Assembly: GCA_043228905.1 (NCBI GenBank)
Contig: JBHGNT010000014.1
Coordinates: 1,116,001-1,180,000 of the forward strand
Direction of reading: 5' to 3'
Length of the DNA: 64,000 bases
Source: Azolla caroliniana
Taxonomy: Eukaryota; Plantae; Polypodiophyta
Made by a program: the position numbers and the translations under genes. The notes under the pieces were generated by a model. That model saw nothing but the letters and a program-made list of their open reading frames with translations, made no database searches and was not told the DNA's origin. Shown here piece by piece: positions 11,668 through 22,000 of this stretch (position 1 is the first letter of the stretch; every line of letters begins with the position of its first letter).

Positions 11668-13486
11668 TACATGACCATACTCATGGAGTACCCGAGCAAT
11701 TTCCCGAAACAATAGGTCTTCGCCACCTTGCGTGCGGTATGCCTTGCTGCCCAGGGAGTATTCTCCGAAATACCTCGTCAGCAGCTCCTGTGAAGGGTTG
11801 TCGATCGAGTATATTCCCCCTTCCGGTAAGCTGGTCAGCGCTCGGATGGCTTCCTCGATGATGACCTCTGTGTCGATGTCTTTGACGACATTTTCCGCAT
11901 CTCCGTGCGGAGGTGCTTTGACTATCCTCAAGAATCCCTCTAGACCGTGTTGCTTAAGCCTTTTCTTGGCCGCTTCTGAGAGTACCATGCATTCCATGTC
12001 ATTGTCGAAGTCGGTAGGTTGTGGTAGAATAAGTGCGCCTGTGTGTTCTGCTTGCTCTTGCCTGATCACTCGTAATCGCCTGTGTGTGTTGAGAGCTCTA
12101 TGTTCACGAAATGAAAGGGACTCTGCGCGGTGGAGGTTTTCTTTCTCCATGCGTGGCACCTTTTCTTGATTCCTGCGTATGCACATCTTGTACTAATATA
12201 GCAGTTGGTTGACACGTGGTGTGTTTTTAAAGAGTCTTTAATTAGCCACCCACCACACCTTTTCAAAGTGCCCGTTCGCTCCTCACCTATGCATGATGAC
12301 TTTCTTTCTTTTTCTTTTTTTTTCTTTTTTTTACAGTTGAGTTTTTAGTTAACTGGAAGCACCGGGTCCGTATCCCGGTTTTTTCCCATATTCACGTTTG
12401 CCGGCCACCTGTTTGTCGTTATCCGGTACCGCCGGCTCCGCCTAATTGTCGGGTACTTGTTTACTGCTTCCTACTATTGCATCAGCCTCCGTTTGCTCAA
12501 ACAGATTCTGTGGCATAGGTCCACAATATGGTTTGAGTCGAAACCCATTGACCCATTTGCCCATTATCTCACCGGCAAGCGTTCTGAGCTGGTATGAACC
12601 GTTGAATTCCCGCGTTATCCAATACGGTCCGGTCCACCGGAACCGTAGCTTTCCCGGCATCTGACCCATCCGGGTCTGGAACACGAGTACCGGCTTGCCA
12701 ATCCCGAACATCTTCTCATTGCCCTTCCGGTGCCGATCGACGAGCACCTTCGTCGTTGCTCCAGTTCCAACTGCATGAGACTCGCTATCTGATGCTCTTC
12801 TAGTTCACATAATGCGGCTAACTGGATTTTTTCCGATTCCTTTTCACTTAGTCGTTCTCTAACTTGTATCCGCAAACTCGGAACCTGAAATTCAATCGGC
12901 ATTACTGCTTCCAACCCAAATGCTAACCGGAATGGTGTTGACCGGATACTTGTTTTGTATGTCGTCTGGTATGCCCATAGTGCACTATGCACGTTCGTGT
13001 CCCAATCGGTCCAATTTTCATTGACGATCTTTCGCAGGATGTTTTGGAGCGTTTTGTTTGTGGATTCGGCCAGTCCATTGGCCTGTGGATAATAAGGGGT
13101 ACTGCGCTTGTGTACCACTGCATAGAATGTTGTTAAGCTTTCCACTACTTGACCGAGAAAATGTTCGCCTTGGTCGCTAATTAACTCGATCGAGCATCCA
13201 TACCGGCACCAAATGTACTCATATAAGAACTTTGTCGTTGATGCCGCAATGTTGTCCCGCAAAGCCTTGGCTTCTACCCACTTGGTGCAATAATCAGTGG
13301 CGACTATAGCATATATGTTGCCGGTTCTCATTGCCGGAGGTTTAAATGCCACAACGAAGTCCAGCCCCCATTTCTAAAATGGCTCTAAGGGTAGCACCGG
13401 CTGGTGAGGCATCCTTGCCTGTTCTATTGGTTGGCCCATCCGTTGACATAAATCACAGTCTTTCGCGTAATGGACCGAGTCCTTCA

Positions 13487-14350
13487 TGTTGGGAGACAGG
13501 TCCCTCTGGATGGGAAGAGAGAAGAACGGACCCGATGAGAGCCGGATGACGAAAACCCGGTGAGAACCGGATGAGGAGTACCCGGCTACGGAGAGCCGGA
13601 TGACGTAGACCCGGTGAGAAACGGATGAGGAGTACCCGGCTACGGAGAGCCGGATGGTGCAGACCCCGTGAGATCCGGATGAGGAGTACCCGGCTACGGA
13701 GAGCCGGATGACGTAGACTCGGTGAGAAACGGATGAGGAGTACCCGGCTACAGAGAGCCGGATGGTGCAGACCCCGTGAGATCCGGATGAGGAGTACCCG
13801 GCTACGAAGAGCCAGATGGTGCAGAACCGGTGAGAACCGGATGAAGAGACATATTCATAAATATGTTTCTGAGAGTCCATCGAGGCTATATTTGTAAATA
13901 GCCGAAAATTCATATTAGTATAAATATGACTTAGGGCAAACTTATAACTGTCTGTGGTTGTTGTAGTTGTTGTAGTTGTTGTAGTTGTTGTAGTTGTTGT
14001 TAATTATTCTTGTTGGTGCAAGAAGAAGAAGAGCGAGCACGTAACAGTGTACAGAGAGAGAGAGAGAGAGAAAGAGGTCGATGCCTCTGTTGTAACCGCC
14101 GCCTGTGGCGAAGATCGTGAGCACGAGGTCGTTGCCTCCGTGAACTCACTGTTTTGTACATTCCAACATAGTGATAGTTTGCAGCTTGTGGTCTGCCGTG
14201 GTTTTTCCCTTAGTTTGGGTTTTCCACGTAAACATCCAGTGCACCTTTTCTCTCCTTTGTGTCGTGCTTTTCCGTTTCCTATTTTCTGTGTATGATTCTA
14301 AGCTCGGTTGTGGCCGAGCGTTGTGCATAAGGAGCGTTGAGTTCCCGTCA
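13487..14350 (+). mobile_element. Copia-family solo LTR 1 (864 bp)
   Basis: TGTTGGGAG...CCCGTCA with TSD CTTCA, a 54-bp tandem array, TATA-like tagtataaata and a GTT/GTA microsatellite. Homologous to the Copia C LTRs. Confidence 0.95.
13540..13846 (+). repeat. 54-bp tandem array (~5.5 units) in solo LTR 1
   Basis: GGATGAGGAGTACCCGGCTAC recurs at 13569, 13623, 13677, 13731 and 13785. Confidence 0.95.
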
Positions 14351-16060
14351 CTTCAGTGTCGTCAGCCACCATAGCCCGCTGTGCTATATCTTTCTTGCCA
14401 TAGCATCCGCGGCATAGTGCCCTCCGGCAATGCTGCAATGCGCTTCTCGTAATATTGTGTCCTTTTCGTCGCTTCGCATTGCTCACCGCCATATGCCATC
14501 CGCGCCTTTATGGTACAGGGTGTCCTATAGTAGACAAAAATGTCGGCTTTGTACCGCTAACTGCTTCCGCTCATCCCGATTCATCTCCTTCGGTGGTAGT
14601 CCCGTGCTGAGGAATTGATGCATATTGGTTAGCCACTTGTCTTCGTCAACTACCGTGTTATTTGTTGCCGTTTCTACTGTTACTTTAAACAACTCGACAT
14701 CCGGAAATTCATCCGGGACTCCATCACCAGTCTCGCCGGAGTCTAACCGGCTCACATAGTCGCAACCACATGTTGTATTCCCCGCCGGTGATATATTTCA
14801 AACTCAAACTCTTGTAGCAACAATGTCCATCAGGCCAGCTTACCGGTGAGCGATGCCTTTGAGACCAAATATAATAGCGTTGAGTGGTCGACATGAAATG
14901 AAAATTTCCTTCCCAATAAATAGTGCCTGAACTTGGTAACAATGTATATCATCCCTAAGGCTTCTCTTTCCATTGTTGAATAATTTCGTTCCGCCTAGGA
15001 TAGCTTTCGGCTGGCGTAATAAACCGTTCGGTACCATTTCGGTTCAGTCAGTTGCATTAGTGCGCTGCCGATTGCTATGTCGGACGCATCGACGAACACG
15101 TGGAACTCTTTTGACCAGTCCGGTGGTTACACCACCGGCGCTTGTGATAGCAGTACTTTCAATGCCCGGTAAGCCTTATCCTCCGTATTTGTCCATTGAA
15201 ACGGTGTCCGGTGAACCACGGCATGCAACGGTGTAGCAAGATCGGCCAAATATCGGAGCATCCGGCTATGCCACTGGATTTGCCCTAGAAACCAACTCAA
15301 AGCTTTGGTCGTGGGCGGTGCCAGTGCTTCTAAGATTGCTTTGACCTTATCGTTGTCTACTGCGATCCTGTCCTTGCTAACGATATGGCCCAGCAATGCA
15401 CCACTTGTTACTCCGAACACACACTTTGTTGGATTCAGGCTTAACCGATAACTCCTGCATTTCTCAAGACATAGCCGGAGGTGTTGGAGATGTTCTCCTT
15501 CTCGGCTATACACGGCGAAGTCATCTAGGAATATCTGCATGAATGCTGGGATGAACTTGCCAAATATTTCCATGATTATTCGTTGGAAGGTCGCCGGCGA
15601 GGTCTTGAGCCTGAACATCATTACTACTGCGACGAAAACTCCCCATTCGGTGACGAACACCGTCTTGTCTTGGTTGTCGGGGTGCATCCTTATTTGATTG
15701 TAGCCGTTGAAACCGTCTAGGAAGCTATACACTTCATGACCGGCTACCGCGTCCAACACTCCATCCATAAATGGAAGTGGAAAGGTGTCAGTCACTGTTG
15801 CAACATTCAGTTTCTGGTAGTCGACGCACACCCGGATCTTACCGTTCTTTTTTGGCATGACGACTATGGGACTTAACCATGTAGCTTTTTTCACTGGTCG
15901 GATAAAACCGACCCATAGCAACTTGTCAATTTCCTCTTTGACCTTTGCCACATAGTTGGGGTTCATCCGGTAAGGTCGTTGTGCTACCGGTTTGGCATCC
16001 TTATTGAGATATATCTGGTGTTGGTACAACTGAGGATCCAACCCCCGCATGTCTTCATAG

Positions 16061-16870
16061 TGTTGGGAGACAGGTCCCTCCGGATCGGAAGGGAGAAGAA
16101 CGGTGTCGACGAACAATCTCGGTCGAGGCCGAAACCGGAAGAGGAGTACCCGGCTACGGAGAGCCGGATGGTGCAGACCCGGTGTGAACTGGAAGAGGAG
16201 TACCCGGCTACGGAGAGCCGGATGGTGCACACCCGGTGTGAACCGGATGAGGAGTACCCGGCTACGGAGAGCCGGATGGTGCAGACCTGGTGTGAACTGG
16301 ATGAGGAGTACCCGGCTACGGAGAGCCGGATGGTGCAGACCCGGTGTGAACCGGATGAGGAGTACCCGGCTACGGAGAGCCGGATGGTGCAGGCTCGGTG
16401 AGAACCGGAGGAAGAGACATATTCGTAAATATGTTTCTGAGAGCCCATCGAGGCTATATTTGTAAATAGCCGAAAAGTCATATTAGTATAAATATGACTT
16501 AGGGCAAATATGTGAAGGAGGTTGGTTGTCATTTTCTTGTTGGTGCAAGAAGAAGAGAGAGCACGTAACAGTGTACAGAGAGAGAGAGAGAAAGAGGTCG
16601 CTGCCTCTATTGTAACCGTTGCCTGTGGCGAAGATCGTGAGTACGAGGTTGTTGCCTCCGTGAACTCACTGTTTTGTACATTCCAACATAGTGATAGTTT
16701 GCAGCCTGTGGGCTGCCGTGGTTTTTTCCCTCTTTGGGTTTTCCACGTAAACATTCTGTGCACTTTTTCTCTCCTTTTGTGTCGCGTGCATTTGTTTCCC
16801 GTTTTCTGTGTATGATCCTAAGCTCGGTTGTGGCCGACCGTTGTGCATAAGGAGCCTTGAGTTCCCGTCA
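16061..16870 (+). mobile_element. Copia-family solo LTR 2 (810 bp)
   Basis: Same termini as solo LTR 1, TSD CATAG (16056-16060 and 16871-16875), 54-bp array at ~16135-16415. Confidence 0.95.
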
Positions 16871-19003
16871 CATAGGACCATGCGAATACGTCCCAGAATT
16901 CCTTTAATAAAGTGATCATCGCCATCTTGTTGTCCGGTGACATTTCCTTAGCAATATGAACCGGTCTTGTGTTGTCCCCGGTTCCTAAGTTCACTTCCTC
17001 TAACTGGGATGCTTTCACACGTTGGGATACCGCCATCTCCCTCTCCAGAGCTTCCTGTGCTTGCCGTAATTCTATAATAGCTTCCCTATCCGGTTCCTCG
17101 CCGGCATCATCCGATTGCGTTATATATGGCGACACCACTTTGGCCACATCGATTTCAAATAGGGGTACGATTTTTGGGTTTTCTTCTAAGTATTGGTCGA
17201 TCTCTTCGTCAACAAGCCCCTCGAGCATGTTTACACATTCTGCATATAGCGGTGTCAGCTCCTTGCCGGTACTCGATCAAGGGTGGGTAGGTACCCTTAC
17301 TTTAGCCTTTCCTCGCCGGAAGGTAATCATGTTTTTCCGCCAGTTTTGTTTGATATGCGTTGTTTTTTAACATGGGCGGCCCAACAACAGTGGGTAAGCC
17401 CCTTGCGCATTGAGCTGGACAACCAGCGCCGAAATGCGGAATGTGTGTCCTCTGATAGTTACGTCTAAATCCCGTATCAACCCGGTAGGTCTTACCGAAC
17501 TTGTGTCCACCATCCGGAACCAAAATGGGCAGGGCTCCCATTCCTGGATTCCCAGGGTATTACAAGTCCGTAGACTAATCACGTTTACGCTCGATCCTCC
17601 GTCCACAATCGTCCCTGGTTGTTCTCGTCCTTTGACGATGGCGGTGATACCCGGACTGTTCGTGTCAACCACTGTTGACCCTTCTTCCAGATTTGAGAAG
17701 AATGCAGGAGTCGGCAACGGATTTGATGCGGTCATTCCTGATTTCAGCACTTCCGTAAACCGGGGCACTAGCCGTAATAATCGACCCAATGGTAGCGTAA
17801 TTTGACATTCTTGTAACGCTTGCCATGTTGGGTTTTCTGGCTGAATCGTCTCGGTGGCCTCTTTCGGTTTCTCCTTTTCTTGTTCAAGCTCAGCCACATT
17901 CCGCTCATTTGCCTTCTTCACCCACTCACTGGCTTGCTTTCAGATTGCCTCCTATGTTTCCCACTTCGTTGTTTTACCTTTTGCCCTGGTGGTGACTTGT
18001 TGTATGTCGACAATTTCTGCTACCACCATGTTTACTGTTGGTCGTTTCTCATAACTTTTAACTGGACATTGATTACTATAATGTCCTTCTTGCCGGCAAT
18101 AGTAGCAGTACGCTTTCTGAATGTTACTGGATTCGGCGTTCGCTCCAGTACCCGGTTGAGGTCCTATTGGTGGTCAGTTAGGTGCTTGGCCTTGGTCCGG
18201 TTGGGTACTTGGTGTGCCCTTGTTCAGCTGCCATTGGTGGTCCTCCTTTCTAGCATTCCATTTTTTGTTGAAGTATTTTTTGTTCCGGTAACTTTGTCGG
18301 GGCCGGTTTTCATAATTGCCTTGATCCTCCCTTCGTTGGTTGTAACCGGGGGAGTGATCCCGGTTGTATCGTGTTGAAAACCGCGCTCGGACACAACCGA
18401 GGAATAGGATCAACTCACAGAAAAACAGGAAATACAAAATGTACGAAGACAATAGAGAGAAGAGTACACAGGGAGTTTTACGTGGAAAACCCTAAATGGG
18501 AAAAAACCACGGGAGTCCTCAAACTCCAACTATCACTATACACAGAGATGTACAATGGTGAAGCTACAAGGCAACAACCTTGAGCTCACTGTCTTCGCCA
18601 CAGGCGGCGGTAATACACAGAGGCGTCGACCTCTTCGTTTCTCTCTCTCTCTCTCTCTCTCGGCTGCTCTCACTTCGCTCTCTCAACTGAAAACATAAAA
18701 TGAGCAACAACATAAAACTGTTTGCCCTAAGTCATATTTATACGCATATGACTTTCGGACTATTTACAAATATAGCCTCAAGGGCCCTTGGCGAACATAT
18801 TCACAAGTATGTCCCCGCATCCGGATCTCGCCCCGGGTACATTCATCATCCGGCTCCGTAGCCGGGGTCTTCATCATCCGGCTCCGCAGCCGGGGTCTTC
18901 ATCATCCGGCTCCGTAGCCGGGACCGTAACCGTAACTGGGATTGCCGTCATTCATCTCCGGACATCCCATCCGTAGGGACCGAAATCCCAACAAACTCCC
19001 CCT

Positions 19004-22000
19004 TCACTTCGGCATGGGATGTCTCTCCAATCCGATCCTCTTCCGGCATGCCTCCAGCTTGTCGGGTGTGAGTACCTTGGTCAGCATATCCGACCCGTTC
19101 TCGTCCGTGTGGATCTTCGTCAGCACGAACTCCTTGTCTTCTATCCTTTCCCGGATCCAGTGGTATCTTCGCTGGATGTGCTTCGTCCGGGAGTGATAGG
19201 CCGCGTTCTTCGCAAGGTGGATGGCACTCTGACTGTCGCAGTAGAGTCGGTACTCCTCCTGCCGGATACCGAGCTCTCTAATGAAGTCCTTCATCCATAT
19301 CATTTCCTTGCCGGCTTCAACAGCCGCCATGTACTCCGCCTCCGTGGTTGACAATGCAACCGTCTTCTGCAGCCTCGACTGCCACGAAACAGCTCCACCT
19401 GCATACGTCATCACATACCCTGATGTGGACCGGCTGGTATCTGCATCAGCCGACATATCCGAATCGGTAAAGCCGTCGAGTTCGGGCTTACCGGAGCCGA
19501 ATCGGAGGCTCACGTTTGCCGTGCCCTTCAGGTATCGGAGTATCCACTTGACCGCGTTCCAGTGCTCTTTGCCGGGATTGCTCATGTACCGGCTCACCAC
19601 TCCGACTGCATATCCTATTGTGAAAGTGTTTTTAGAATCTAAGCCATTAAACATTAGGAGAATATAAAGTATAGATAATTCACCTTTTGAGGATAAGAAC
19701 ACGAACTAAGACCTTAGGAAAGAAGTCAAAAGTAAAAGTACGAGACCAAGAGAAAAGTAAAAAGAGAAAACGCAGACTATAAAAAACAGTAAAAATAGAA
19801 TGGTCATAACTCCCTCGTTGTTTATCCAAATATCACGTTTAAATATGGATTAGAAAGCTTGTAAAAAGAGCTTTCTATAGCTTTTTAAATCGCTTAATTT
19901 GGATATCGGATGAGGGAGATATGACGATTAGAAGGTTGATGTGTCATAGCTAAAAATAGGGAGATAAAAAGCTTCTAAAAATAGCATGAACGTGGATAAG
20001 AAGAGGAAGGTTATAAAAGAAGAAGTGATATTAGTGAGGAGGGGCGAAGAGTAAAGGAAAAGAGTGGATGAGGAGTGTTAGGAAGAAGTGTCTTAGAAGA
20101 GGAAGGTCTTTGGTTTTAGTTCAATGTGGAGTTTGTCTCCTTTGTATTCTCTTGATGTTGGAATATCAGAACATTCTTATTTCTTGCTCGCTTTCTCTAT
20201 CTTTTTTCTTAGTTTCTTGAGTTATACTCTCTAATCATAATTACCTAGAGCTATATAATATATTATGATTTTCAACTCCATCTAATCGGTTTGGTCAAGC
20301 CCTCATATAGTGTATAACTATCTATTATCTTATACACCCTATAATTTTGGCGCTCCAGGGAGGGCCGATCCTTTCCGTATAGGAAGAGAAGTTATCATTT
20401 AATTGTGTTACTATATTACATTAACTTAGCTATGCAATTTGCATTTTCGGGTGAAAGAACACAAGATGCTGGTGCCTTTTTGGCATGCTTTGAGCATCAT
20501 GCCATATCTATTGGACGCATCACCGACAACGAAAAGTTGCCCTTGTTGGTAGCTACATTCTATGGTCGTGCTCGAGATTGGTATGACTCTCTTCCGCAAA
20601 ATGAACAAGGAGAATATCAATTATTGGTGCATCAATTTCGTACAAGATATATTCAATGGAAAAGTGCAACTGAGGTAAGGGAGGAGCTTTTTCAACTAAA
20701 GATGGAATCACCTTTTGGTTTTTTAGAGTATGAACGAAATTTCCAAGAATTGTGGACGACGTGGATTCGTCTTCGTGGTGGCACCGAAGATGAGTGGTTT
20801 AAGATAGAACAATTCAAGGTGGGCCTTGATATGCATTTCCGTTTGGAGGCAAGCTTGAAGGATCCAACGACTTTTCAAGCTCTTCTCCAAGTTTGTCAAG
20901 ATTATGATCGACAAGTGAAGATGATGAGTTCCATGGGGGATCCCCAAATGACGGCTTTGGGTGCAAATTTGATGCCTCGTGCCAACTTTCAAGCCTTATC
21001 TTCAATTGTGCATGGTGGACAAGTGTTTCCAAATGTGTATACCACCACAACAATAAACCCAACAAGTATATCTCAAGAAGTGGAACAAGTGAAGAGTGAA
21101 CAAGATACAATGGCGTTGGTGAATCGGCGCTTTGATGAAGTGATGGCCCACTTGCAACAATCCCAAGCAATTTCCAACACTATTCCCGATGGTGGTGGCT
21201 CTAGAGGGCATCAAGGTGTAATTTGTTATTCTTGTCAAGAGGAGGGACACTCAACAAGATGTCCTCATCGACAACAAAGAGGTATGGAAAGAGACATGTA
21301 TGAAGTGCAACGGAATGGACAACGACCTATCAACAATGGAGTCGAAGGAGGCGAATCCATAACACTTCCAATGACTCAGGTTCCTACAATTCCTCATAAT
21401 GTGAATCTTCTTAATTTTATTGATGATAGTGATAGTGCTTGTGAAGTAGCTCTTGTGAAAAGGACAAGAGCCTCGCAAAAGGAGAAAGAAGTTGAAGGAG
21501 AATCTAGTGACTCAAGACAAAAGAAGAAGTTAAGGAGAATGAGAAAGAGGACAAATTGAGAAGGAGACACTCTAGAAGAAAGATCAAGATGGAGGACATT
21601 CCTATGGGTGAAGGTGTAGAAGCTTTCAATTTGAAGCATGAGTTGATTTCAAGTGGACTAAGGATAACATGGCCGCAACTTCTCCAATTATCTCCCACAT
21701 TACGAAAGGAGTGGGGGCGACTTGCAAGTATTCGCCAAAGTCGGAAGACTGTGCATTATGTGGGAATCGTGCGAGTAGAAGATCGAAAGGACATACGACC
21801 CACCTTCCCCGTCTCCATCAAAGGGTTTCACATCAAAGATGCCTTGGGTGATAGTGGTGCTAGGGTAAGCTTGATTTCTGAATTTGTAGTAAACAAAGTA
21901 GGAATTCCTATTAGTAGGTCATCTTCAACAAGGGTGGTTGTAGTAGATAGTGGAGTGGTGCATTGCACAAGCATAGTGGAGGATGTGTTCATCAAGTGTT

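Larger units (their letters stand above)
5617..12150 (-). pseudogene. 3' extra ORF of the Gypsy element, split by Copia B and cut off by Copia A
   Basis: MEKENLHRAE...EYGHV (12150-11668) joins in frame to YPRPPTMPKNRAGLIIATYEGVQVDWPVMIADGL... (6201 downward) once Copia B and one TSD copy are removed. The distal charged tail has stops. Confidence 0.82.
12442..17921 (-). pseudogene. Gypsy pol (protease-RT-RNase H-integrase), frameshifted and interrupted by two solo LTRs
   Basis: ORF fragments 17367-17921 (protease), 15127-16055 (RT: WLSPIVVMPKKNGKIRVCVDY, FLDGFNGYNQI), 12615-13352 (rve core) and 12442-12747 (GPY/F). Confidence 0.93.

Noticed and set aside
13540-16415. 54-bp arrays as a CRISPR array or as repeat-protein genes (SSSGSHRVCTIRLSVAGY ORFs)
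   Set aside because: The units are contiguous with no unique spacers, there are no cas genes, and they lie in LTR U3 regions. The ORFs arise because 54 is a multiple of 3.
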